NCBI GenBank assembly: GCA_038222225.1
Contig: JBBRHV010000002.1
Location: 12,484 to 76,483, forward strand
Length of the DNA stretch: 64,000 nt
Direction of reading: 5' to 3'
Source: Candidatus Omnitrophota bacterium
GTDB taxonomy: Bacteria > Omnitrophota > Gorgyraeia > Zapsychrales > JANLHA01
Shown here: positions 1 through 9,112 of the stretch, piece after piece
How the letters are laid out: each line of letters opens with the position of its first letter
How positions within the stretch are numbered: the first letter of the stretch is position 1
The notes under the pieces: generated by a model
What the model saw: the letters and a program-made list of their open reading frames with translations, nothing else
What the model was told of the DNA's origin: nothing
Databases searched by the model: none
Translations under genes and position numbers: made by a program

Positions 1-205
1 CGGCGCCAATCACAATTCCGGAACGGACCTTGCCCGCCACATTCTGCGCTTTTAATAATGCGTTCTTCTTTACCAACGCTGCGCAGGTGCTGGTGATCTT
101 CAGGATCTCCTCGGCACTGCTCCGCCGGACCTTAAACGTAAGGCCAGCCATCGCAAGCAATTTCCGCCGCTGCGCGGAACCCGAAGCTAAAATAATATTT
201 TTCAT
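1..205 (-). CDS. maf: Maf family nucleotide pyrophosphatase (3' end runs off window)
   Basis: Manual translation from ATG at 205: MKNIILASGSAQRRKLLAMAGLTFKV...NALLKAQNVA...IVIGA. The ILASxSxxR and NAxxKA motifs are typical of Maf. Not in the ORF track. Confidence 0.9.
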   Translation of the reverse strand, partial: MKNIILASGSAQRRKLLAMAGLTFKVRRSSAEEILKITSTCAALVKKNALLKAQNVAGKVRSGIVIGA

Positions 206-277
206 AAGGCACGCAGACACTGGCCACTAAGGCACTAAAAAACGATTAATAAAAAATGAACCACCTTGAATAACCCG

Positions 278-838
278 CTAATCTTTTAAAAAATCCTGAG
301 CTGTAAAAATCGATCGCATCTGGCATCCGCGCGCTTCGACCGCTGCTTTTGCCCCCTCTTCGCGGTCAATGATGCATAAACATGTTTTGACCTTGATCCC
401 CGCCCCATCTAAAACATCCAAAGCATGCAAAAACGCTTTACCCGTGGTCGCCACATCATCAATGACCACCACCGTTGCTCCGCTTTTTAATTCCGGGCCT
501 TCAATCTGTTTTTTCCCGCCGTGAGCTTTTGATTCTTTTCGAATAATGAAGGTGTTGACCGGTGTTCCATTTTGAAACGAAACCACGCCTAAGGCCCCCA
601 CCATCGGATCCGCGCCCAAGGTCGGACCGCCGATGGCATCAAGCGGCTCGCTCTTCACCATGTCTAAAAAAATCTTAGCGGTATAATAAACGCCTTCGGG
701 AGTCAGCGTAATTTTACGGCAATCTAAATAATAATTGCTTTTTTTTCCGGAAGATAAAATAAAATCCCCCTTTAAAAAAGCCTTCTCCTTAATGATCTCA
801 TGCAATTTCTTTTTATCATCACTCCACGCGTTTGACAT
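278..838 (-). CDS. pyrE: Orotate phosphoribosyltransferase
   Basis: GDFILSSGKKSNYYLDCR, RKESKAHG and the PRPP-binding VVIDDVATTG motif. Start moved to MSNAW (838). Confidence 0.95.
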   Translation of the reverse strand: MSNAWSDDKKKLHEIIKEKAFLKGDFILSSGKKSNYYLDCRKITLTPEGVYYTAKIFLDMVKSEPLDAIGGPTLGADPMVGALGVVSFQNGTPVNTFIIRKESKAHGGKKQIEGPELKSGATVVVIDDVATTGKAFLHALDVLDGAGIKVKTCLCIIDREEGAKAAVEARGCQMRSIFTAQDFLKD

Positions 839-867
839 ACCAAGCCTTTCTCTCACAATACACCTGT

Positions 868-1182
868 TTATTTAATCCGTGGAACTTCCATCTTGCGCTT
901 CCCAAATTCTAAAACAAGATTCGTCCGAAAACGCAATAAATCCTTATAAGACTCATACTCTTTCGGCGTAAAGCCGCCTTTGCTATAAAACGTCTGCACC
1001 GCTTCCAGCTCGATCATTGCATCAATATAGGCGTCGGTCAGCTTTTGCTCATCCAACTTTGAAATCGCGCTGCGATCTAGGATATCAAGCGTAAACAAAA
1101 ACCCTGCCGCCAGAGCTGTCATACTCCAGGCAATGATCATGATCCCGATCACCCAGGCCGTCAGCCCCCTTGAAATCCGCAT
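868..1182 (-). CDS. Hypothetical exported protein (~104 aa)
   Basis: SD-like AAAGGGGG before ATG at 1182; hydrophobic N-terminus ending in ALA; own promoter upstream. Confidence 0.7.
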   Translation of the reverse strand: MRISRGLTAWVIGIMIIAWSMTALAAGFLFTLDILDRSAISKLDEQKLTDAYIDAMIELEAVQTFYSKGGFTPKEYESYKDLLRFRTNLVLEFGKRKMEVPRIK

Positions 1183-1206
1183 ATCGCCCCCCTTTTTAAC
1201 TGCTTC

Positions 1207-1235
1207 ATTATACGCAAAGTTTCCGAAGAAAACAA
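1207..1235 (-). promoter_or_regulatory. Sigma70-type promoter
   Basis: TTGTTT-17nt-TATAAT on the minus strand upstream of the 868..1182 gene. Confidence 0.55.
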
Positions 1236-1289
1236 GCGCGCGTCTGACAATCGCATCTGAAAGCCAGGACGCCAACAGGACCTGAAATA

Positions 1290-1318
1290 TTTCAAAAAAA
1301 TTCTCTCTCTGCTATAAT
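1290..1318 (+). promoter_or_regulatory. Sigma70-type promoter (extended -10) for comF-lptF-lptG
   Basis: TTTCAA-17nt-TATAAT with TG extension (TGCTATAAT), 6 nt before the GTG at 1325. Confidence 0.55.
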
Positions 1319-1324
1319 ACACTC

Positions 1325-2062
1325 GTGTTTATGCGAGTCGCCCGCCCCTTTATGAACGGGCTGATGAATATACTTTACCCCTCGGTTTGTGTCCTCTGTC
1401 ATACGTCCCTCTTCCCTTCAGAGCCCCCGCCATTCGTGTGTCCGGCGTGCCTCTCCTCCATTCAAAAAAACAAACCACCCTTCTGCCGGAAATGCACACG
1501 GCCGCTGAAATCCGCGCCGGACCTGTTCTGCCGCAATTGCCGGCGTTCGAGCTTTCATTTTGACCATGTCTATGCTGCCTGCCTTTACACGCCGCCCTTT
1601 AAGCGCCTGCTCCATTTATACAAATATGGAAGCCTGACCGTCATCCGCCGGCTTTTGAGTTCCTTCATCATTGACTTCATTGAACTTTACCAAATCCCCA
1701 TCCACCGGTTTCAAATAATCGCTCCCGTTCCGCTGCATCCGGTACGAATGCGTGAACGCGGCTACAATCAAAGCGAACTGATCGCCTTAATCCTGGCCGA
1801 ACATTACAAGATCCCCTACAGCAATCAGATCATTGCCAGAACTCGCTACAGTCTAAACCAGGCGCGCGTTAGCCCAAAACAACGCTGGACAAACGTTGAG
1901 TCGGCCTTTAAAATAAGATCTCATATTAGCATTATTAATATTAATATTCTATTGGTCGATGATCTTTTAACGACCGGAGCCACCCTCTCTTCACTGGCCG
2001 GGGTTCTCAAGACAGGCGGGGCCAAAGAGGTAAGCGCTCTTACAGCAGCCATTGCAGAATAA
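1325..2062 (+). CDS. comF: ComF family phosphoribosyltransferase-like protein (double zinc ribbon)
   Basis: Four N-terminal CxxC pairs; PVPLHxxRxRERGYNQS; ILLVDDLLTTGAT. Confidence 0.93.
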   Translation: MFMRVARPFMNGLMNILYPSVCVLCHTSLFPSEPPPFVCPACLSSIQKNKPPFCRKCTRPLKSAPDLFCRNCRRSSFHFDHVYAACLYTPPFKRLLHLYKYGSLTVIRRLLSSFIIDFIELYQIPIHRFQIIAPVPLHPVRMRERGYNQSELIALILAEHYKIPYSNQIIARTRYSLNQARVSPKQRWTNVESAFKIRSHISIININILLVDDLLTTGATLSSLAGVLKTGGAKEVSALTAAIAE

Positions 2063-2064
2063 CT

Positions 2065-3156
2065 ATGCGTCTTTTACGCAATTATATTTTACGCGAATGT
2101 GTTCTCCCCTTTTTTCTGGCCCTTGGGGTTCTTTCCTGCGTGTTTCTGTTAGGATACACCGTCAAACTCGCGCATCTTGTCATCAATAAAGGCGTACCGC
2201 TTGTGGTCGTTGGAAAAATGTTTCTGCTCTTAATCCCGGTTCTTCTTCAATACACCATGCCGATCGCCTGTCTGATCGCCGTGCTTTTGGCCTTCAGCCG
2301 TTTATCTGCCGATAATGAAATCATCGCGATCCGTGCCAGCGGAATCCATATTCAGCGACTCCTCCTGCCCTTGATTGCTGTCGGATTTATCTTCAGTCTT
2401 GTCGCATTCCTTCTCAACGACCGCGTGATCCCTTTCGCGTACCATCAGCAGAAGGTCCTGGAAAAAACCATGGGATTTGAAAATCCCACCGCCCTTTTGG
2501 AGCCCGGGACATTCATCAAAACATTCAAAGGACAGACGATCTTCATCCACCGCGTCGAGGGCCATAAATTTTATAACATCACAATCTGGCAACCGCAGCC
2601 GGACGGACGTCCGACCAGAACCATCATTGCCAACCGCGGAGAATTCACAAAAAGCCCGGATGGAAAACAGCTGATCCTTAAACTCATTGACGGGACCTCC
2701 GATGAAATGGACCCCAAAAAACCTGAAAATTTCTATAAACTCAATTTTAAGACCCTTTTCATCACGCTGAATGTCGGCAATGGAGATGAAAAAATCGAAA
2801 AGAAACCGAAAAGCATGACTCTGCAAGAACTCCTGGAAGAAAAACATCTTCGCGAACAACTCTTAGTTGACACGTCCCGGCTTGACACCGAATATTTCCG
2901 GAAACTCTCCTGGTCTTTTGCGCCTCTGATTTTCGTTCTTTTGGGATTTCCTCTGGCCGTCATCACAAACCGCCGGGAGCGTTCAGCCAATGTGATCTTA
3001 GCGATTATAGCCGCCAGCACGTATTATTTGCTGGCACTAACCTGTGAGGCCTTAAGCATCGAACAGCAGGCTCCGGCATATATCATCATGTGGGTTCCGA
3101 ATGTTATCGCGCTGATCGTGGCCGTTTACTTTAATCATAAATTATGCGTATCATAG
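2065..3156 (+). CDS. lptF: LPS export ABC transporter permease LptF
   Basis: 3+3 TM layout around a periplasmic domain; RLSADNEIIAIRASG motif; paired with an lptG-like gene. Confidence 0.88.
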   Translation: MRLLRNYILRECVLPFFLALGVLSCVFLLGYTVKLAHLVINKGVPLVVVGKMFLLLIPVLLQYTMPIACLIAVLLAFSRLSADNEIIAIRASGIHIQRLLLPLIAVGFIFSLVAFLLNDRVIPFAYHQQKVLEKTMGFENPTALLEPGTFIKTFKGQTIFIHRVEGHKFYNITIWQPQPDGRPTRTIIANRGEFTKSPDGKQLILKLIDGTSDEMDPKKPENFYKLNFKTLFITLNVGNGDEKIEKKPKSMTLQELLEEKHLREQLLVDTSRLDTEYFRKLSWSFAPLIFVLLGFPLAVITNRRERSANVILAIIAASTYYLLALTCEALSIEQQAPAYIIMWVPNVIALIVAVYFNHKLCVS

Positions 3157-4244
3157 ACCGCTATATCCTAAAATCTGTTGTCTTCATGTTCCTGATCACA
3201 CTGTTTGTGTTCTGCCTGCTCTTTGTCTTGATTGATTCTGCATCCAACTTGGATGAATTCATTAATCATAAAGCATCCATTGAAATCATTGCCCGTTATT
3301 ATCTGTCGTACTTGCCGGTGGTCATGGTTCAAACCGCTTCGATTGCCTGCCTCATTTCCTGCCTCCTGACCTTTGCGAACTTAAATGCCCATAACGAACT
3401 GATCGCCATGCGGGCCGGAGGATTAAATTTCTGGCGGCTAGCGCGACCTGCTCTGTGTTTCGGATTGCTGCTCTCGGCCGCGACGTTTTACCTGAATGAA
3501 CGCTATATCCCCCAGGCTGAATCTATGGCCCGCGACATCAAGGAAGAAAATCTCTCTCTTGAAACCGACCGCTCATCCCATCAGGCCAAGATCAAGAATC
3601 TCTCCTTTTACGGCCTGAAAAACCGATTGTACTTCATTGATTCCTTTGATCCGGTCACGTACAATTTAGAGGGAATCACAATCATCAGCTTTGATAACGC
3701 TCAAAAGATTAGAGAAAAGATCGTCGCAATGGAAGGTTCTTGGACCGGGCTGGCATGGAAATTTAAACAGGTGCACATAACCCCGTACCAGCAGATCGAT
3801 GCCGGGCCAACACGGTTCAAAATCTATGAAGAAAAACTCATGGACATCAAAGAAACTCCTAAAGATTTTTTACGGCAGCGCACCAATGTCAAATTTATGA
3901 ATCTGCGCCAACTCCATGACTACATCAAACGCTTCTCAAACAGCGGGGCGAGCCGAGCGGTGGACAGCTTAAAAGTTGATTTCTTCGAAAAGATCGCCTT
4001 CCCGCTGACGCCGGTGGTGCTTTTGCTTCTGGGTCTGCCGCTGGTGATGGCAACCGGAAATCGCAAAGCCCAGAATTTTGCCGCATTGGGGATCGCAATT
4101 GCGATCGGATTCTTTTATTATGTGGCGAACGCCGTGGGAATTGCGCTGGGAAAAGGCGGGTTCCTGCCCCCTGAAATTGCTGCCAATATCGTACCGTTTT
4201 TCTTCTCTTTGACAGCGGTCTACTTCATCAAAATGCATTTTTAA
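3144..4244 (+). CDS. lptG: LPS export ABC transporter permease LptG
   Basis: MRIIDRYI start; LNAHNELIAMRAGG; C-terminal GKGGFLPPEIAA. Confidence 0.88.
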   Translation: MRIIDRYILKSVVFMFLITLFVFCLLFVLIDSASNLDEFINHKASIEIIARYYLSYLPVVMVQTASIACLISCLLTFANLNAHNELIAMRAGGLNFWRLARPALCFGLLLSAATFYLNERYIPQAESMARDIKEENLSLETDRSSHQAKIKNLSFYGLKNRLYFIDSFDPVTYNLEGITIISFDNAQKIREKIVAMEGSWTGLAWKFKQVHITPYQQIDAGPTRFKIYEEKLMDIKETPKDFLRQRTNVKFMNLRQLHDYIKRFSNSGASRAVDSLKVDFFEKIAFPLTPVVLLLLGLPLVMATGNRKAQNFAALGIAIAIGFFYYVANAVGIALGKGGFLPPEIAANIVPFFFSLTAVYFIKMHF

Positions 4245-4254
4245 AATGACGTGT

Positions 4255-5442
4255 TTATTTTTCTTTATACACTCTCGGAAGGCGATTGCCCAAAGAGCAG
4301 ACGATCTCATAATTGATGGTCTGCGCCAAACAGGCCAACTCATCGGCAGAAACGTCCTGTTTGCCCTGGCGGCCTAAAACAACCACCTCATCCCCCATCT
4401 TAACCATGCCGGCTCTGGAAACATCCACAACAAGCTGATCCATGGTCACCCGTCCCAAAACCGGACAACGGCATCCATTAATCAAAACCGCAGATTTATT
4501 AGACAACATCCTCATGTAACCGTCATTATATCCGATCGGCACAGTGGCCACGCGCATCTTACGCGGAGCAATAAATGTCTGGCCATAACTGACACTTCGT
4601 CCCTTTTCAATATCTTTGACGTACAGGACACGGGCCTTCACGCTCATGGCCGGCTGAAGTTTAAGTACAGAACGGATTTTATCTGAAGGATACAGTCCGT
4701 AAAGCATTAATCCCGGACGGACCAGGTTGAATATGCGCGTCGCAAAACCACCCAGCCCGGCGCTGTTGGCAGCATGAATATAGGGAACGCTCTCACCCTC
4801 CTGATCCAACGCCGCAACGACCTGGCTGAACTGATGAATCTGATTTTGAGTAAAGGTTGTATTTGTATCTGCGACCGGAAAATGCGTGTACATTCCCTCG
4901 ACTTGAACATGCTTGAGCCGTTTTACCCTTTGAATAAAACCAAGCGCCTCCGTATGCCACACACCCAAACGCCCCATTCCGGTATCCACTTTAATATGGA
5001 CCACGGCTTTTTTCTTGACCGAACGAGCGTATGTGTTTAATGCATTGGCGGACGCCATCGTACAAATGGTCACGCGAAGATTGTGATCAACAATATCTTT
5101 AATCTGATTCGGCAACGGGCTTTCTAAAATAAGGATCGAAGTTTTAATCCTGTGCCGCCTCAGCGAAATGCCTTCATGAAGCTCTGAAACACCAAAAAAA
5201 TCCACACCCATTTTTTGAATTTGATCCGCGACCTGAAGCATTCCGTGCCCGTAACCGTCGGCTTTGACAACAGCTAAAATCTGCGGTGTCTTAGCATGGG
5301 CTTCCTTCGCGGATTGTGTTTGCCGCCGTTCCGTTCTTTTCTGATTGACCAGCCTTTGAATCCTCTGAAAATTATGGCGGATCGCCTTCAAATCCACCTC
5401 AACCCATGCGGTGTGTGTATGTTTGTCGCGCAGCACTTCCAT
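4255..5442 (-). CDS. alr: Alanine racemase
   Basis: AVVKADGYGHG (PLP Lys), HIKVDTGMGRLG, GRVTMDQ, TINYEIVC. Confidence 0.97.
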   Translation of the reverse strand: MEVLRDKHTHTAWVEVDLKAIRHNFQRIQRLVNQKRTERRQTQSAKEAHAKTPQILAVVKADGYGHGMLQVADQIQKMGVDFFGVSELHEGISLRRHRIKTSILILESPLPNQIKDIVDHNLRVTICTMASANALNTYARSVKKKAVVHIKVDTGMGRLGVWHTEALGFIQRVKRLKHVQVEGMYTHFPVADTNTTFTQNQIHQFSQVVAALDQEGESVPYIHAANSAGLGGFATRIFNLVRPGLMLYGLYPSDKIRSVLKLQPAMSVKARVLYVKDIEKGRSVSYGQTFIAPRKMRVATVPIGYNDGYMRMLSNKSAVLINGCRCPVLGRVTMDQLVVDVSRAGMVKMGDEVVVLGRQGKQDVSADELACLAQTINYEIVCSLGNRLPRVYKEK

Positions 5443-5475
5443 CTCCTTTTTATCAACGCCTGCTGATATACGTCT

Positions 5476-6171
5476 TTAACGCCTTACCTGACAATCCTGC
5501 GGATATAGATACAGCGGGAGCAATGCATTGATCGGGTCGCTATCTTTATCGCGGAAACGCGCAGCCGCCAGCACGGCAATCTGTTCAGCCGATGGATACC
5601 AGAATTTCTCCTCAAGGAAGGCCGCCTTGAAATTTGAACCCTTACGCTGCCCCTGCTTAAGAATCTGATCTCTATAAATCAGAAGCCCGTCGCCGGTGAA
5701 AAGAACAGCTCCGCGAACTTTTTTTAAAAGATCCTTGAGCCCGATCAAAAGAAAATCCGCGCTCCGAAACGGGACGCCGTTGCCCCGCTCATAAATCGCC
5801 GCGTAAACCAAATCCCGCTTTGCGTCAAAAATAACGCAAAGCTGATCTTCCTCTCCGCGTTTCACCCGCGCCGCGATCGAATCGAAACTGGGAATCCCCA
5901 CAACCGGCTTCTGCAGCGCCAACGCCAGTCCTTTCACGGTTGCAAATCCGACACGCAAACTCGTGAATGACCCTGGCCCCAAACCAACCGAAATACCGTC
6001 AATATCCTTCAGATCCATTCCTGATTTCTTGACGACCTCCTCAAGCGCGGGGATCATCTTGGAAGACAAAACCCGATCATTCTTCATCGTCCGGGAAGCC
6101 AAAACCTTTCCGTTGTCCGTGAGCGCCAAACTGAAATGCGCGCTGGATGTGTCTAAGGATAACAGTTTCAT
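5476..6171 (-). CDS. tsaB: tRNA t6A biosynthesis protein TsaB
   Basis: LSLDTSS, GPGSFTSLRVG, DAKRDLVY. Confidence 0.95.
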   Translation of the reverse strand: MKLLSLDTSSAHFSLALTDNGKVLASRTMKNDRVLSSKMIPALEEVVKKSGMDLKDIDGISVGLGPGSFTSLRVGFATVKGLALALQKPVVGIPSFDSIAARVKRGEEDQLCVIFDAKRDLVYAAIYERGNGVPFRSADFLLIGLKDLLKKVRGAVLFTGDGLLIYRDQILKQGQRKGSNFKAAFLEEKFWYPSAEQIAVLAAARFRDKDSDPINALLPLYLYPQDCQVRR

Positions 6172-6178
6172 AATAAAA

Positions 6179-6655
6179 TCACGCCTTAAGACCTTCTAAT
6201 GTTTTTAACATCTGCTCATAGCGTTTGCCGAACGCCTTCAAGCGTATCTCACGTGAGTCTTCCCCTTTATGCTTTAGATAAATATCCAAGCGCTCCTTGG
6301 GAAGAAATTCTTCCAACCGCTCCGACCACTCCACCACCGCAATGCCGTCCCCATATAAAAACTCTTCATAGCCGATATCAAAAAGTTCATCGGTCTCTTC
6401 TAAACGGTACAGATCAAAATGATAGAGCGGCCATTTCAATTGATCATACACATTGAGAAAAACAAATGTCGGGCTTGTCACGTCCTCTTCATGGGCCCCT
6501 AACCCAGCGGCCAAGCCTTTGATCATCGTCGTTTTTCCGCTGCCCAAATCGCCGAAAAGGCACACGATGTCGCCGGGTTTGGCGCATTTTGCCAAACGTT
6601 TTCCGAGGGCTCGTGTTTCCTCAAACGACTGACTGATCAATGGGATCTGTTTCAC
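6179..6655 (-). CDS. tsaE: tRNA t6A biosynthesis ATPase TsaE
   Basis: GDLGSGKTT, VTSPTF, HFDLYRL, VVEW. Confidence 0.96.
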   Translation of the reverse strand: MKQIPLISQSFEETRALGKRLAKCAKPGDIVCLFGDLGSGKTTMIKGLAAGLGAHEEDVTSPTFVFLNVYDQLKWPLYHFDLYRLEETDELFDIGYEEFLYGDGIAVVEWSERLEEFLPKERLDIYLKHKGEDSREIRLKAFGKRYEQMLKTLEGLKA

Positions 6656-6682
6656 CGGCTTTTATTTCCAATTGTCAAAATC

Positions 6683-7588
6683 TTAAAAATGCTCAAACCC
6701 CTTGGGCTGGATTTCCTGTTTGCGGCCTTTGGCATTCACTAAAAAAAGGCCCTTCTTTGAGCTGATTGTCCCAATCTCAAAAAAACGATGCCGCTTGCAG
6801 CGACGCAGCACGTCCGCCTTATCTGCTGAAACTGTAAACAGCAGTTCAAAATCCTCCCCCTCATGAAGCGCCTGTTCAAGGGTCGCTCCCTTGGCCAACG
6901 GGATCTTCTCAGCGTGTATCACCGCGCCGACCGCGCTCTGTTTTAAAATATGCCCGATATCACCTGCCAAACCGTCGGAGACATCGATCATGGCATTCGG
7001 CCGGGCATTCCGAATGAGAAACTGCGCCTCTTTCACGCGCGGCTCAAAATGAACATGCTTGCGGTTTTTAAATGAATTCCCTAAAACCCCGGTGACAAAA
7101 ATGCAGTCGCCCTTTTTCGCGCCGGCACGATAGATGACCGCGTCTTTTTTTACTTTCCCCAGAAGCGCCACATTGATGACCAAACGGTTCGATCGGGTCA
7201 TATCCCCTCCCACAAGACTCACATGATATTCTTTGGCCAGATCATTGAACCCCTGACCGATGTCTTCCATAAAGGACCGCACCGTATTATGCGGAGCTCC
7301 GGTCGACACGACCGCAAATGTGGGGATCCCTCCCATGGCAGCAATATCACTGATCGAACAAGCCAGCGCTTTACGGCCGATCTCCTGCGGAGTCATCACC
7401 GTCCTGAGAAAATGCACCCCCTCGATCATCATATCTGTTGTATACAAAAGATAATCTTCCGCCCCGCAATCTAATACCGCGGCATCATCTCCCGCTCCCC
7501 TGACCACTCCCTCTTCAACGTTCGCCTGCGCAGTAATGCGGTCGATAAAAGCAAACTCGCCGATATCCGCAAGAGTTTGAACTGGCAT
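6683..7588 (-). CDS. thiL: Thiamine-monophosphate kinase
   Basis: GEFAFI, GDDAAV, SDIAAMGG, GGD, IDVSDGL, GEDFELLFT. Confidence 0.96.
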   Translation of the reverse strand: MPVQTLADIGEFAFIDRITAQANVEEGVVRGAGDDAAVLDCGAEDYLLYTTDMMIEGVHFLRTVMTPQEIGRKALACSISDIAAMGGIPTFAVVSTGAPHNTVRSFMEDIGQGFNDLAKEYHVSLVGGDMTRSNRLVINVALLGKVKKDAVIYRAGAKKGDCIFVTGVLGNSFKNRKHVHFEPRVKEAQFLIRNARPNAMIDVSDGLAGDIGHILKQSAVGAVIHAEKIPLAKGATLEQALHEGEDFELLFTVSADKADVLRRCKRHRFFEIGTISSKKGLFLVNAKGRKQEIQPKGFEHF

Positions 7589-7609
7589 GTGAGACTCCTT
7601 ATCAAAAAT

Positions 7610-8647
7610 TTATGAAAATTTTTGTTTTATCATGTTGGCAAAAGGTTTCTTTATCATTCCGCATTCCGTCACAAAAGCCGTAATTAATTCATAGGGCGTC
7701 ACATCAAAGGCGGGATTGAAAACATGAACAGACCGCGGTGAAATGTACCGTCCGGCCACTTGACGGACCTCATCGTCCGCACGCTCTTCAATAGGAATAT
7801 CACATCCCTTTTGAATGGAAACATCAAATGTGGTTTTGGGGGCCACAACATAAAAAGGAACGTTATGATATTTTGCCAAAACCGCCAAACCATAGGTTCC
7901 GATCTTATTGGCCGTATCGCCATTGGCGGCAATCCGGTCGGCTCCGGTAAAAACCGCCCTGATGTTTTTTTCGCGCATAACCGCAGCAGCCATATTATCG
8001 GTGATCAGCGTCGTTTGAATTTTGGCATGAGTCAACTCCCAGGCCGTGAGACGGGCACCCTGTAGAAGAGGACGCGTTTCACAAGCATACACTTCAAACC
8101 GTTTTTTCTTGTGCTGAGCCGAATAAAAAACTCCCAACGCTGTCCCATAATCAACCGTCGCCAAGGCACCGGCATTGCAGATGGTCATCAAACGGTCTCC
8201 GTTACGGATCAATTTCGCCCCGTGATCACCCATGGCCCGACAGACACGACGGTCTGTTTCATAAACATCGAACGCTTTGCGCTTGATGACCTGCTTTAAC
8301 TTTAAAACGGAAGCGGATGGATAAATCCAGGGAATCATGCGCATCTCATCCAGCGCATGAAATAAATTGACCGCCGTCGGTCGGGATGTTGCCAAATAAT
8401 CACAGGCATCATTCAAAACTTTAATAAAATTCCGGCGGTCTGTGCCCTTAAAATCATGCGTCCCTAAAAGGACGCCGAAGGCGGCAGCGGCTCCCAGCGC
8501 CGGTGCGCCGCGCACCTCAAGCCGCCGAATGGCCTGCCAGAGAGTCTTCAACGTACGGCAATCTTTATAAACCAATTTTTGCGGCAGCTTGGTTTGATCA
8601 ATAATGCGGACTGCTGCATTGACCCATCGAATTGTTTGGATAGCCAT
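7610..8647 (-). CDS. mtnA: S-methyl-5-thioribose-1-phosphate isomerase
   Basis: VRGAPA, RPTAVNL, CNAGALAT, ETRPLLQGARLT, GADRIAANGDTANKIGTY, NPAFDVTP. Confidence 0.96.
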   Translation of the reverse strand: MAIQTIRWVNAAVRIIDQTKLPQKLVYKDCRTLKTLWQAIRRLEVRGAPALGAAAAFGVLLGTHDFKGTDRRNFIKVLNDACDYLATSRPTAVNLFHALDEMRMIPWIYPSASVLKLKQVIKRKAFDVYETDRRVCRAMGDHGAKLIRNGDRLMTICNAGALATVDYGTALGVFYSAQHKKKRFEVYACETRPLLQGARLTAWELTHAKIQTTLITDNMAAAVMREKNIRAVFTGADRIAANGDTANKIGTYGLAVLAKYHNVPFYVVAPKTTFDVSIQKGCDIPIEERADDEVRQVAGRYISPRSVHVFNPAFDVTPYELITAFVTECGMIKKPFANMIKQKFS

Positions 8648-8667
8648 TCAACAACCTCTCTCAAAAA

Positions 8668-9110
8668 TTAAAACCGCACATCCTTCTTGATTCTTTTTAT
8701 GATAAAGCAACGGTTCTCGCCTCTAACCATATGAAAATTTGCCATAATAAAGAAATCTCCGTCATCCCACGTCACTTCCATGATCTGAATATCAGCATTC
8801 TCTGCCGTCTTCGGATATTGATCAAAAAGCTCTTTATGATTCCAGGCCTTTGTAGGAGCGTCTTTGATCGCATATCCGGTTTTATCAGCAGGTGCGCCGA
8901 ATACCTTTACCATTTCCGGATATGCTTTTCCGATAAAATCTTTTAGTATTGAAATATTTGTCCCTAGACTCGTTCTCCCTTCAGAGGCAAAAACGCCATT
9001 CGTCAAAAACATCCCTAAACACAAACCAATTCCAAAATAAAGGAGAGCCGCGTTTAATCTGACAATCGAAAAAAAAGAAAATTTTTCAATACAGCGATGC
9101 AACTCGACAT
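8668..9110 (-). CDS. Hypothetical exported protein, AT-rich; start uncertain
   Basis: ORF with a hydrophobic signal-like segment ending VFA. The nearest ATG (9110) is one base out of frame across a T8 tract (see findings). Confidence 0.55.
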
Positions 9111-9112
9111 GG